Of a stretch of DNA of 64,000 bases, positions 8,381 to 17,599 are shown in pieces; position 1 is the stretch's first letter; each line of letters begins with the position of its first letter. The translations under genes and the position numbers were made by a program. The notes beneath the pieces were generated by a model. The model did not search any database. It was not told the DNA's origin and worked only from the letters and a program-made list of their open reading frames with translations. The stretch is from Actinomycetota bacterium (GTDB taxonomy: Bacteria; Actinomycetota; AC-67), in assembly GCA_040905475.1 (NCBI GenBank), contig JBBDRM010000096.1, forward strand, positions 4,318 through 68,317. The letters run 5' to 3'.

Positions 8381-8824
8381 ATGCCTGTGTTCAAGCTCAA
8401 GTTCTTGGCCGTCCCGGCAGCTGCGGGTTTGCTGGCTCTTGCCGCGTGCGGCGGTGGTACCGATGCGGGACCGACGTCCGGGGGAGAGGTTCGCACTGTC
8501 GAGGTCAGGGCGCTCGACACCTTGCGCTTCGAGCCCGCTTCCCTCAGCGTTACCAAAGGCGAGAAGATCCGGTTCGTCGTGACCAACTCAGGGAAGATCG
8601 ACCACGAGTTCGTCGTCGGCGACGAAGAGACACAGATGGCCCACGAGGACCAATCCGGTGAGATGGACCACATGGCCGCCGAGTCACTGGCGGCGCTGGA
8701 CCTGAAGCCCGGCGAGACCAAGGAGGCGACCGTCACGTTCGACGAGGCGGGCAAGGTCTTGTTCGGCTGCCACGAGCCGGGTCACTACAACGGCGGGATG
8801 GTCGGAACGATCACCGTCGGCTAG
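8381..8824 (+). CDS. cupredoxin-family lipoprotein
   Basis: Lipobox LLALAAC. HEF ... GCHEPGHYNGGM copper-ligand pattern, paralogous to 3254-3856. GGAGG 5 nt upstream of ATG 8381. Confidence 0.8.
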   Translation: MPVFKLKFLAVPAAAGLLALAACGGGTDAGPTSGGEVRTVEVRALDTLRFEPASLSVTKGEKIRFVVTNSGKIDHEFVVGDEETQMAHEDQSGEMDHMAAESLAALDLKPGETKEATVTFDEAGKVLFGCHEPGHYNGGMVGTITVG

Positions 8825-8838
8825 GCACGATTCGATAC

Positions 8839-8875
8839 GAAGCGAGGGCCCGCGCGAGCGGCCCTCGCTTCTTCA
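8839..8875 (+). terminator. stem-loop terminator candidate after the cupredoxin gene
   Basis: Perfect 12-bp stem GAAGCGAGGGCC / GGCCCTCGCTTC with a 9-nt loop, then a TTC tail (weak U tract). Confidence 0.5.
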
Positions 8876-8910
8876 TGCGGCGCACACATCTCGCGCACGA
8901 CCTCCACACA

Positions 8911-8927
8911 CCTACGGCGTAGGGGTA
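8911..8927. promoter_or_regulatory. candidate CsoR-type operator (CCTAC-GGC-GTAGG followed by GGGGTA)
   Basis: Inverted repeat about 30-40 nt upstream of the first gene (8954) of the long operon that encodes CsoR. A GGGGTA-containing GC-rich palindrome is reminiscent of published CsoR sites. Confidence 0.3.
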
Positions 8928-8953
8928 TGGCGTGACTTCGAAGGAGGTGCGTC

Positions 8954-9253
8954 ATGAAGGCGATCGGGATCGGAATCGTGGGTCTCGTCGTGGTCGTGGC
9001 AATCGCCGTTGCCGCGATCGGCGGCTCTGCCGGAACCGCTCCGGCGACGGGCTGGCCATCGAACGGCGTCCCGCACGAGCAGCTCGAGTCGGACCGGATC
9101 ATGACCCAGCAGATGGGCGTCGATGTCGGTCCCGGGATGCAGGCTGGGATGCCGGCCAACGGCATGCTCGGTCGCTCGATGAGCGCGAGCTACGTGCGGA
9201 TGCTCGAGCAGCATGCCACCGACATTGATCGGATGCTCGCCCGCCGGCCGTAG
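8954..9253 (+). CDS. small membrane-anchored Met-rich protein
   Basis: AAGGAGG RBS. N-terminal TM, then MTQQMGVDVGPGMQAGMPANGMLGRSM. Confidence 0.6.
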   Translation: MKAIGIGIVGLVVVVAIAVAAIGGSAGTAPATGWPSNGVPHEQLESDRIMTQQMGVDVGPGMQAGMPANGMLGRSMSASYVRMLEQHATDIDRMLARRP

Positions 9254-9267
9254 CGGAGGTGGCGGAG

Positions 9268-9384
9268 ATGTCGTGGGATTGGTTGCTCCTGGTCGCGATC
9301 GTCGTCTGCATGGCGGCCGCCGCGTTCGTCTGGTTCTACGCCCTGGAGCGGGCTCGTCGTCGCGAGCGGAAGGCGCGGAGGTGA
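9268..9384 (+). CDS. 38-aa single-TM micro-protein (MSWDWLLLVAIVVCMAAAAFVWFYALERARRRERKARR)
   Basis: Own translation; too short for the ORF track. GGAGG upstream. Its TGA overlaps the GTG of the next gene (GTGA). Confidence 0.45.
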   Translation: MSWDWLLLVAIVVCMAAAAFVWFYALERARRRERKARR

Positions 9385-10493
9385 ACCTTGTGCTGGGTGC
9401 TCGAGTTCCGGTCGCTCGCCGGAACATCCTCGCCGACCGCAGGCGGCTCGTGACCGGTGTCTTCGGTGTCGGCGCGGCGATCGCGCTGATCTTCTTGCTG
9501 CAGAGCCTGTGGGGCGGCTTCCAGGTGCAGCTCGGCTCCTATGCGAAGAATGTGGGCGCCCAGGTCTTCGTTGGTGACCTCGGGACGCGCACGTCGTGGG
9601 AGTCGTCGGTCGTGCCGCTCGCGGCGATCGACCAGATCCGCGCGATCCCGGGTGTCGAGCGCGCGGATCCGATCTTCCTCCGCTCCACGATCCTCACGCT
9701 CCATGCGCGCAAGGTCTTCGCCGCGCTCGTCGGATACGAGCCTGGAGCGCTCGGCGGGCCGTGGCGGATCAGCGCAGGACACGGTGTGCAGACCGCCGGC
9801 GAGGTGGTCATCGACCGGACGCTCGCCCGCCAGCACGACATCGGACTGGGCGATGCGCTCGAGGTCCAGGGCGCGCGGTTCCGCGTGGTCGGGCTGTCGG
9901 ATGGGACGCGGACCTGGATGAGCGCGTACGTCTTCGTGTCCCGCGAGGCCGCCGCCGGCCTTTATAAGACATCGGGAACGGCGAGCTTCATCCTCGTCGA
10001 GACGACGCAGCCCGCTGCGGTGTCGGCTCGCATCGCTCGCGAGGTCGCTCTCACGCCGCTCGAAGTTCGCGAGCTGGTTCGGAACGATCGCAAGCTGATC
10101 GCTGCGATCATGCAAGGACCCATCGAGCTGATGGTGCTCATAGCCTTCGCCGCCGGCACGCTCATCGTCGCTCTGACCGTCTACTCGCAAGTCGTCGAAC
10201 GCGTCCGCGAATACGGGATCGTCAAGGCGCTGGGCGCCGGATGGAAGCGCCTGTTTGCGATCGTGCTCGGACAGACCTTGGTTCTCGCGGCGCTCGGTCT
10301 CATCGCAGGCTTCGGGTTGTCCAAGGCAGGGGGCTGGCTGGTGATCTGGCTGCGCCCGCAGTTCTGGCTGAGCCTCTCCGGAACGCAAGCGCTCCAGGTC
10401 GTAGGCGCGGCCGCGGCGATGGCGCTGCTCGCCGCCGTCGTCCCGACGCGGCGGATCGCGCGCCTCGACCCGGCGAGCGTGTATCGAGGGTGA
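9381..10493 (+). CDS. ABC transporter permease, FtsX/MacB-type (1 of 2)
   Basis: N-terminal RRNILADRRRL plus TM, a large extracytoplasmic loop and a C-terminal FtsX 3-TM bundle (GIVKALGAGW...). Confidence 0.85.
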   Translation: MNLVLGARVPVARRNILADRRRLVTGVFGVGAAIALIFLLQSLWGGFQVQLGSYAKNVGAQVFVGDLGTRTSWESSVVPLAAIDQIRAIPGVERADPIFLRSTILTLHARKVFAALVGYEPGALGGPWRISAGHGVQTAGEVVIDRTLARQHDIGLGDALEVQGARFRVVGLSDGTRTWMSAYVFVSREAAAGLYKTSGTASFILVETTQPAAVSARIAREVALTPLEVRELVRNDRKLIAAIMQGPIELMVLIAFAAGTLIVALTVYSQVVERVREYGIVKALGAGWKRLFAIVLGQTLVLAALGLIAGFGLSKAGGWLVIWLRPQFWLSLSGTQALQVVGAAAAMALLAAVVPTRRIARLDPASVYRG

Positions 10494-11605
10494 TGGCGAT
10501 GGCGGCTCCGATCGGCCGGCGCAACCTCTTCGCCGAACGACGCCGCGCGTTGCTCGGCATCGCAGGCGTCGCCACGGCGCTGCTGCTGGTGCTCGCGCTC
10601 AACGGCATCTTCGCCGGCGTGATGCGCCAAGTCACCAAAGTGATCGACGAGTCGCCGGCCGATGTGCTCGTCGCGCAAGCCGGAGTGCGCAACATGCACA
10701 TGGTTTACTCCGTCATCCCCGCCGAGTCTGTGGAACGCGTTCGCGCCATGCCGGATGTCGCATGGGCGGAGCCGCTTCTGTACGACCTCGACGCCGTCGT
10801 CGGTCACAACGGCGAGCGTCAGAACTCCTATGTGTTCGGCTACGTGCCGGGTCGGCGCGGCGGCCCGAGCAGACTGATCGCCGGCGCGGCGCCCGGTCCA
10901 GAAGAGATCGTGCTTGACCGACTCGGCGCGCAGCGGATCGGCGCGCGCGTGGGCTCGAGTATCGAGGTTTTCGGTGCACGTTGGCGCGTCTCCGGCCTGA
11001 CCGACGGGTTGACCAACATCACCAACACCGTGTCCTACGTCCGGCTCGAAGACTTCGCCCGCGTGCGGCAGACCGCCGGCGTCGTGAGCTACGTGCTGGT
11101 CGGCGCGCGCGCTGCGCCCGGGGCGCTGGCGCGCCGGATCTCGACTGCGACCGGGCTCTCAGCGCTCACGCGAGCGGAGTTCTCCGCGCAGGAGCGCAGG
11201 GCCGTCCAGGACATGTCGACCGACCTGATGCGCATCATGACCGTCGCCGCGTTCGCCATCGGGCTCGCGGTCGTCGCGCTGACGCTGTACGCGTCGACCC
11301 TGTCGCGGCTTCGCGAGGTCGGTGTGATGAAAGCGATCGGGGCGCGCTCGGGTCTACTCGGCCGGGTCGTCATCTCTCAGGCGGTGTGGACGGTGGGCGC
11401 GGCGCTGTCGCTGGCCGTTCCGCTGACGTTCGGACTCGGCTGGGTGGTCGAGCGCGCGTCGGGGAGTATCTCGCTCGCGGTCGAGCCGGGCTCCGTGGTG
11501 ACCGCTGCCGTCGCGGCGGCAGCGCTGGGTGCGCTCGGCGCGCTCGTGCCGCTGATCAAAGTCTCTCGAGTCGATCCCGCCACTGTCTTCCGGAGGGCAT
11601 CATGA
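10493..11605 (+). CDS. ABC transporter permease, FtsX/MacB-type (2 of 2)
   Basis: Paralog of the previous gene (RRNLFAERRRAL..., GVMKAIGARS...). TGATG overlap with the upstream stop. Confidence 0.85.
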   Translation: MAMAAPIGRRNLFAERRRALLGIAGVATALLLVLALNGIFAGVMRQVTKVIDESPADVLVAQAGVRNMHMVYSVIPAESVERVRAMPDVAWAEPLLYDLDAVVGHNGERQNSYVFGYVPGRRGGPSRLIAGAAPGPEEIVLDRLGAQRIGARVGSSIEVFGARWRVSGLTDGLTNITNTVSYVRLEDFARVRQTAGVVSYVLVGARAAPGALARRISTATGLSALTRAEFSAQERRAVQDMSTDLMRIMTVAAFAIGLAVVALTLYASTLSRLREVGVMKAIGARSGLLGRVVISQAVWTVGAALSLAVPLTFGLGWVVERASGSISLAVEPGSVVTAAVAAAALGALGALVPLIKVSRVDPATVFRRAS

Positions 11606-12447
11606 ACGAGATCGCGATCCGAGCCCAGGGGCTCACCAAGACATTCGGGGAAGGCGATGTGCAGGTGCGGGCCGTCCGCGGCGTGGATCTGGAAGTGCGC
11701 CGCGGCGAGGTCCTGCTGATCATGGGGCCCTCCGGCAGCGGGAAGACGACGTTGCTGTCGATGCTTGGCGGCATGCTTCGCCCGAGTGAAGGACGCCTTG
11801 AGATAGACGGCGTCGATCTCGCGTCCTTACCGGAGTCGAAGCTGCCCACATTCCGCGCGCGCCGCTTCGGCTTCGTGTTCCAGGACTTCAACCTGCTGTC
11901 GGCGTTGAGCGCCGAGGAGAACGTCGAGTTCGCCCTCAATCTCGGAGGCGAGAGCGGCAAGAAGGCGCGCGAGCATGCCCGGACGTTGTTGCGGGGCTTC
12001 GGGTTGGGTGAGCGGCTGCGGTTCAAGCCGCACAAGCTCTCGGGCGGGGAGAAGCAGCGGATCGCGATCGCCCGGGCGCTTGCGAACGAGCCGGCCGTGA
12101 TCCTGGCCGACGAGCCGTCGGCGAACCTCGATTCCAAGATCGGCCACGAGATCGCCCGGCTGCTCCGGAGGGCCGCGTCCGAGCAGGGACGCGCGGTGGT
12201 GATCGTGAGCCACGACCAGCGCCTGAAGGACATCGCCGACCGGATCCTGTGGCTCGAGGACGGAGAGTTCCGGGCCATCAGCCAGATGGCCACCGACCCG
12301 GTTTGTGGCATGGCCGTGGAACGCGGCGGGACGCCCCATTTCAGCCTGGACGGCCAGACCTACTTCTTCTGCTCGACCGCCTGCCGCGACGAGTTCGCCG
12401 CCTCCCCACCGGCCCGCTTCCGCGTCGCCGCTGGAGGGGCGCGATGA
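11602..12447 (+). CDS. ABC transporter ATP-binding protein (MacB/LolD-like) with a C-terminal YHS/TRASH domain
   Basis: Walker A GPSGSGKTT, signature LSGGEKQR, Walker B VILADEP. C-terminal 50 aa: DPVCGMAVERGGTPHFSLDGQTYFFCSTACRDEF. ATGA overlap upstream. Confidence 0.9.
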   Translation: MNEIAIRAQGLTKTFGEGDVQVRAVRGVDLEVRRGEVLLIMGPSGSGKTTLLSMLGGMLRPSEGRLEIDGVDLASLPESKLPTFRARRFGFVFQDFNLLSALSAEENVEFALNLGGESGKKAREHARTLLRGFGLGERLRFKPHKLSGGEKQRIAIARALANEPAVILADEPSANLDSKIGHEIARLLRRAASEQGRAVVIVSHDQRLKDIADRILWLEDGEFRAISQMATDPVCGMAVERGGTPHFSLDGQTYFFCSTACRDEFAASPPARFRVAAGGAR

Positions 12448-12833
12448 GGACATCTCCGGCCAACGGACCTGCCAAAGCGAGGCCGTTCGACCCTGCCCGA
12501 TCGCGGCTGCCGGCGCGACGCTATGCCGTGCGGGGGTACCGCACGAAAGTCGAGGACGAGGTGACCAGGAGCCACCAGGAGGAGGTGCTCGGCCGGCTCC
12601 GCCGGATCGAGGGCCAGGTCTCTGGCATCCGCAAGATGCACGAGGAGGGCCGCTACTGCATCGATGTTCTCGACCAGATCTCCGCCGCGCGCGCCGGCCT
12701 CGACGCCGCCGCGCTGCTCATCCTCGAAGACCACGTGAATAGTTGCGTGCGAGACGCCGTCGACGGCGCCGAGCGTGACACCAAGACCTCCGAGATGCTC
12801 GACGCCGTCCGGCGTTTCGTAAGGAGCAAATGA
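12444..12833 (+). CDS. csoR: CsoR/RcnR-family metal-sensing repressor
   Basis: GRLRRIEGQVSGIRKMHEEGRYCIDVLDQISAARAGL...LEDHVNSC (Cys-His-Cys pattern). ATGA-coupled start at 12444; a shorter GTG start near 12561 is possible. Confidence 0.8.
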   Translation: MRTSPANGPAKARPFDPARSRLPARRYAVRGYRTKVEDEVTRSHQEEVLGRLRRIEGQVSGIRKMHEEGRYCIDVLDQISAARAGLDAAALLILEDHVNSCVRDAVDGAERDTKTSEMLDAVRRFVRSK

Positions 12834-13534
12834 GCATGGGATCCGCGACGGTTCTTGTGGTCGACGACGAGCGGAAGATCCGCGACACGGTTCGCTCGTA
12901 TCTTGAGCGCGACGGGTATGCGGTGCTCGTCGCCGACACCGGACAGCGCGCGATCGAGGCAGCAGCGCGCGCAACACCCGATCTGGTCGTGCTGGATCTG
13001 ATGCTTCCCGATCTCTCCGGTGAGGAGGTCGCACGGTCGCTCCGTGCCGTCTCCGAGGTGCCGATCATCATGCTCACCGCGAAGGCCTCGGAGGAAGACC
13101 GGGTCGCCGGGCTGAAGCTCGGCGCCGACGACTATCTCGTTAAGCCGTTCAGCCCCCGTGAGCTGCTCGCGCGCGTCGAAGCGGTCCTGCGTCGAAGCCG
13201 CGGAGGCAGTGCATCCGCAGCGACATCCTTCGATGGGGGCAGGCTTCGCATCGATCGGGAGACGCGCGAGGTCGCCGTCGATGACGAGGCGGTGTCACTG
13301 ACGCGCAGCGAGTTCGATCTGCTCACGGCGCTCGCATCGCGGCCTGCGCGCGTCTTCTCGCGCTACGAGCTGGTGACGCGCGTGCAGGGCTACGACTACG
13401 AGGGCTACGAGCGTGCGATCGACGTCCACGTCAAGAACCTGCGCCGCAAGCTCGGCGAGGATCCGCACCACCCGCGCACCATCCTCACGGTGACCGGCGT
13501 CGGCTACAAGTTCGGAGGCAAGCCGGATGCCTAG
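12830..13534 (+). CDS. OmpR-family response regulator
   Basis: Receiver (VLVVDDE, DLVVLDLMLPDLSG) plus a winged-helix output domain (LTRSEFDLLTALA ... GVGYKF). Confidence 0.9.
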   Translation: MSMGSATVLVVDDERKIRDTVRSYLERDGYAVLVADTGQRAIEAAARATPDLVVLDLMLPDLSGEEVARSLRAVSEVPIIMLTAKASEEDRVAGLKLGADDYLVKPFSPRELLARVEAVLRRSRGGSASAATSFDGGRLRIDRETREVAVDDEAVSLTRSEFDLLTALASRPARVFSRYELVTRVQGYDYEGYERAIDVHVKNLRRKLGEDPHHPRTILTVTGVGYKFGGKPDA

Positions 13535-14948
13535 GACGTTCTCGTTCAAGCTCGGCGCCGCGTTCGCAGGGATCGGGATTGCCGCTGCGGCGCTGACCGC
13601 GATCCTGGTGAACGTCGCGTTCGGATCGCGCTTCACGGGCTATCTCGACTCCCAGCGCGCCGCGCGCACCGAACAGCTCGTGGACGCGCTCGCGGACTCC
13701 TACGACCGGTCGGACGGTTGGGACACCTCGGATCTGGAGAAGCTCGCACCCCTGGCACTGATGGACGGCGGCACCCTGCGGCTCGAAGACACCTCAGGGA
13801 GTCGCGTCTGGGAGGCATCGTCGGCAGCGCTCGGCGATCATTACGCGACGGCCCACCGCGCGATGATGAATAGCGGCGCGCTCGGACCGGAACGCCGGCT
13901 GGCGATCTCGGTCGACGGGAAGGGGGTCGGCGTGGCATGGGTTCGGATCCCCGAACCGGGCGTGCTTCCTGCCGACGTCTCGTTCCGCTCTGCGGTCAAC
14001 CGCCTGCTGCTCTACGGTGGCATCGCCGCCGGGCTGGCCGCCTTGCTGCTGGGCATCGTGCTCGCCCGCCGCGCGACCGCGCCGGCCCGCGCGCTGACCG
14101 GCGCCGCCCGCGCGCTCGCGTCGGGCGACCGAGCCCAGCGCGTGGACTATCAGGCCGCCGACGAGTTCGGTGAGATGGCTCAGACGTTCAATCTGATGGC
14201 TGACACGATCGAGGAGGAGGATCGCCTGCGGCGCGTCTTCGCCTCCGATGTCGCCCACGAGCTTCGTACGCCGCTTGCGATCCTGCGCTCTGAGATCGAG
14301 GCGCTTCAGGACGGCGTTCGCACCTCGACGCCGGCTGCGCTCGGGTCGCTTCACGAGGAGACGCTTCGGCTGACCCGGCTCGTCGGGGATCTCGAGACCC
14401 TCGCCCGGGCCGACGCGGCGGGCTTCTCGCTCGAGCGCGCGCCTACCGATCTGGCGACGCTCGCGCGCGAGACGGTCGCCGAGTTCGAGCCGTTCTTCGG
14501 CGATCGAGGCATCCGCATCGAGGCACGCCTCGAAGCTGCGCCCGCCGAGGCAGACCCGGTCCGCATGCGCCAGGTGATCTCGAATCTGCTGTCCAACGCC
14601 TTGAAGTTCTCGCCCGACGGTGGCCGGCTCACCGTCGAGACTACGCAGGACGGTGCGTGGTCGGTGCTACGCGTTGCAGACGAAGGCCACGGCATCCCGG
14701 CCGACGAGATCGCCCGCGTGTTCGACCGGTTCTTCCGCGGCACCGGCGCGCGCGGAACGGGCTCGGGGATCGGACTGACCGTGGTGCGAGAGCTGGCGCG
14801 CGCGCACGGCGGAGATGCTTCGGTGTCGAACGAAGCCGGCCGGGGAGCAGCCTTCGCGGTGCGGATCCCTTCATCGGCTCCTCGCGCCGTCCACACAGTC
14901 TCTTCATCCCGCGACGCTACGGTGGGGTCGAACGAAGGGAGGACATGA
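13527..14948 (+). CDS. sensor histidine kinase (2 TM, HAMP, HisKA, HATPase_c)
   Basis: H-box SDVAHELRTPLA, N box NLLSNALKFSP, G boxes DEGHGIP and GSGIGLTVV. Confidence 0.9.
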   Translation: MPRTFSFKLGAAFAGIGIAAAALTAILVNVAFGSRFTGYLDSQRAARTEQLVDALADSYDRSDGWDTSDLEKLAPLALMDGGTLRLEDTSGSRVWEASSAALGDHYATAHRAMMNSGALGPERRLAISVDGKGVGVAWVRIPEPGVLPADVSFRSAVNRLLLYGGIAAGLAALLLGIVLARRATAPARALTGAARALASGDRAQRVDYQAADEFGEMAQTFNLMADTIEEEDRLRRVFASDVAHELRTPLAILRSEIEALQDGVRTSTPAALGSLHEETLRLTRLVGDLETLARADAAGFSLERAPTDLATLARETVAEFEPFFGDRGIRIEARLEAAPAEADPVRMRQVISNLLSNALKFSPDGGRLTVETTQDGAWSVLRVADEGHGIPADEIARVFDRFFRGTGARGTGSGIGLTVVRELARAHGGDASVSNEAGRGAAFAVRIPSSAPRAVHTVSSSRDATVGSNEGRT

Positions 14949-15151
14949 TGTGGCACTGGGGTTGGGGTTGGTGGATGGGCTTCGGAATGGTCGCCTTCTG
15001 GGTACTGGTCGGTGTCGGTATCTGGTTACTCGCCCGGACTTCGCCGCCTCGCGATCACAGCCCGAGGGAGATCCTCGCGGAGCGGTTCGCGCGTGGCGAG
15101 ATCTCCGCCGAGGAGTACGACGAGCGACGCCGCGTACTGACCAAGCGATAA
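14945..15151 (+). CDS. SHOCT-domain small membrane protein
   Basis: Trp-rich TM (MMWHWGWGWWMGFGMVAFW) then EILAERFARGEISAEEYDERRRVL. ATGA overlap with the kinase stop. Confidence 0.7.
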   Translation: MMWHWGWGWWMGFGMVAFWVLVGVGIWLLARTSPPRDHSPREILAERFARGEISAEEYDERRRVLTKR

Positions 15152-15268
15152 ACCCCCAAGTTCCCCAAGAAGGCCCCGCATCCCCCGCGGGCCTTCATCG
15201 TGTGTCCGGCGGTTCTTCACATCCTCCACACATCGTTTTCCGACCATGGCGGTGATGGAGGACCGCTC

Positions 15269-15535
15269 ATGACACCGCCGACTCTGACTCTGGTTGTCTC
15301 GTCCTCGTGCCACCTGTGCGAGGACGCGAGGCGGTCTCTTGAAGAGCTCGCATCCGAGTTCCGGTTGGACGTCCGGCTCGTGGACGCCGCCTCGCCGGAA
15401 GGCTGGGCGTTGCTGGCTCGCTACCGCGCCGGCCTGGTTCCGCTGGCGATCCTGGACGGCGAGTGGTTCAGCGCCGGTCGGCTGCCACGTCGCAAGCTCC
15501 GCAAGGCGCTCGAGGCAAGGCAGGTTCCGGCGTGA
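15269..15535 (+). CDS. glutaredoxin/thioredoxin-fold protein (CxxC)
   Basis: 88 aa starting at MTPPTLTLVVSSSCHLCEDA. RBS-like GGTGATGGAGG upstream. Confidence 0.65.
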   Translation: MTPPTLTLVVSSSCHLCEDARRSLEELASEFRLDVRLVDAASPEGWALLARYRAGLVPLAILDGEWFSAGRLPRRKLRKALEARQVPA

Positions 15536-16412
15536 ACCTGCTCGCCGGCGGATCGATCCTGGCGGCGTTCTTCGCGGGATCGGTGGCGCTGTTCAGCCCG
15601 TGCTGCATCGTCTTCCTGCTCCCGGCGTATCTCGCCTCCGCGCTCAAAGGCCGGCGCTGGGCCCTGTTCCCGCTGACGGTCGTGTTCGCGGCCGGACTCG
15701 CGGCCGTGATCCTGCCGCTGACGCTGGGCGTCGGGCTGCTGGCTTCCACGCTGACCCGCTACCACCTGCCCCTGTACATCACCGGCGGGCTGCTGATGCT
15801 GACGCTGGGCGGGCTCGCGATCGCGGGCCGTTCATGGAGCATGGCCGGCCTCCGCGCGCCGGCGTTGCGCTCGGACGCCGGTGGCGTGTTCGCGCTCGGC
15901 GTCTTCTCCGGGATCGCCTCATCATGCTGCGCGCCCGTGCTCGCCGGCGTGCTGGCCCTGTCCGCGCTGGCCGGGTCGCTGCCGGGATCCATGGCTCTCG
16001 GCCTGGCATACGTGTTCGGGATGGTGTTCCCGCTCCTCGTGATCGCGCTCGCTTGGGACCGATTCCGCCTGGGCGAGCGGAAGCTACTCGCCGGTCGCGA
16101 GGTCACGCTGCGTGCCGCAGGCCGCCTGCTCCGGACCTCCACCACAAACCTGCTCGTCGGGGCCGCGTTCATCGCGATGGGCCTCGGCGTGATCGCGCTG
16201 GCGCTGCTCGGCGACCCCACGGACGCCCCAGCGTTCCAGGTCGGCATCGGTCGGTTCCTCACCCGCGTGTTCGGCTCGGTGTTGACCGCTCTCGAGGACG
16301 TGCCGGAGGCGCTGCTGGGCGTGCTGCTTCTCGGTTTCGCCGGGCTGGTCGGCTGGCTGGGGATCCGCGGCGCGAAGAGAGCTTCGTCGAACCGGAGGGG
16401 GTCCTGCCATGA
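15532..16412 (+). CDS. ccdA: CcdA/DsbD-family thiol:disulfide electron-transfer membrane protein; the reading frame has no local stop (probable 1-nt indel near the 3' end)
   Basis: GTGA-coupled start. Motifs SPCC and SSCCAP in TM helices. The in-frame ORF runs on to 17547 through two other genes, while the expected ATGA-coupled TGA at 16410-16412 is in another frame. Confidence 0.65.
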
Positions 16413-17044
16413 CCACCAAGACGTTCACCATGCCGCGGACACCGAGCCGCAAACAGCAGGCACGGCGGCTCGCTCATCGACGCCGCCGACACAAGGTCTG
16501 GCGCACGCGGGCGCTGATCGTTGTGGGCCTCGCCGCACTCGGGGCGATGTTCTGGGCGCTCGGACGCGACGGCGGCGGATCCGGGACGATCGCAACCGGC
16601 GAGCCCGCTCCCGCCTTCTCGCTCGCGACTACCGACGGTCGGACCATCTCGTTGGCCAGCCTTCAAGGGCGCAACGTGCTGCTCTACTTCAACGAGGGCG
16701 TCGGTTGCGACTCGTGCTTCAGCCAGCTCGTGGAGATCGAGAAGTCCCAGGCGCGACTCGACGAGCTCGGCGTCACGCTGTTGCCCTTTATGCCGAACCC
16801 GGCCCCCGAAGTTCGTCGCGAGCTCGCGCGTTTCGGGCTGCGCACCCCCGCGCTGATCGATTCGTCGCTTGCCGTCGCGCGCGCCTTCGACACGCTCGGG
16901 CGTGGCCACCACGCCAACCTGCCCGGCCACAGCTTCATCCTTGTGGACCAGGCGGGGACGATCCGCTGGCGCGGCGACTATCCGAGCATGTATGTGGCGA
17001 CCGCCGAGCTGCTCGAGACGATCGGCTCGCGGTTGGAGGGGTGA
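16409..17044 (+). CDS. membrane-anchored thioredoxin-fold protein (TlpA/AhpC-TSA redoxin-like, CDSC motif)
   Basis: TM anchor, then APAFSLATTDGRTISLASLQGRNVLLYFNEGVGCDSC. GGAGGGGG RBS. Confidence 0.85.
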   Translation: MTTKTFTMPRTPSRKQQARRLAHRRRRHKVWRTRALIVVGLAALGAMFWALGRDGGGSGTIATGEPAPAFSLATTDGRTISLASLQGRNVLLYFNEGVGCDSCFSQLVEIEKSQARLDELGVTLLPFMPNPAPEVRRELARFGLRTPALIDSSLAVARAFDTLGRGHHANLPGHSFILVDQAGTIRWRGDYPSMYVATAELLETIGSRLEG

Positions 17045-17121
17045 GCCTTCTTCATCTGAGGCTCGCGGGGTCCACACACCGTCTTCATCCCACGCGCCTA
17101 TCGTTGCATCAGGAGGAGACC

Positions 17122-17547
17122 ATGCAGGCCACGATCGCACACCCGAGCCGGTCTCCACGGATCCGGCGAAGCGTTCGTGTCGGTGCTGCCGCCTCGGCCA
17201 TCCTTGCCGCCTTCTATGTCTCGGTCGTGTGGGGCGCCTCCCGGTCGGCAGGACACCTCGCTGATCAGATCGCGAGTGACTGGTACTTCCTCGTCCCGAT
17301 CATGGCGGGCTTCGGCATCCAGATCGGGCTCGTCTCCGAGCTTCGACGGCGCCACCAGATGCGCGGCGCCGCTGCCGCGACGGGGGCGGCCGGCGCGGGA
17401 TCCTCCACGGTCGGGATGATCGCCTGCTGCGCCCACCACATCGCCGACCTCGCACCGTTCATCGGCGCGACCGGTGCGGCGGCATTCCTCACCGACTATC
17501 GATCGCGTTCATGGGCGTGGGCCTCGGCGTCAACGCCCTGGGGGTAA
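17122..17547 (+). CDS. membrane protein with a CCxHH motif (GMIACCAHHIADL); C-terminus apparently frameshifted near 17500-17506
   Basis: AGGAGGAG RBS. After ...AFLTDYR a second frame encodes a clean TM helix and basic tail (FMGVGLGVNALGVTIAWRRLRRS...) ending at TGA 17613-17615. Confidence 0.6.
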   Translation: MQATIAHPSRSPRIRRSVRVGAAASAILAAFYVSVVWGASRSAGHLADQIASDWYFLVPIMAGFGIQIGLVSELRRRHQMRGAAAATGAAGAGSSTVGMIACCAHHIADLAPFIGATGAAAFLTDYRSRSWAWASASTPWG

Positions 17548-17599
17548 CGATCGCGTGGCGACGGCTTCGGCGGTCGCCGGGACACCTGGAGGAGGCGGC

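Noticed and set aside
9336-10388. 350-aa minus-strand ORF.
   Set aside because: It is antisense to the FtsX permease. It has extreme Arg/Asp/Glu content and no hydrophobic core.
15463-17547. 694-aa ORF as one giant CcdA fusion protein.
   Set aside because: The middle 240 residues are Arg/Ala/Pro-rich nonsense that overlaps a well-formed redoxin gene (own RBS, TM anchor, CxxC) in another frame. The last 141 aa have their own strong RBS. The long ORF is best explained by a missing stop or an indel.
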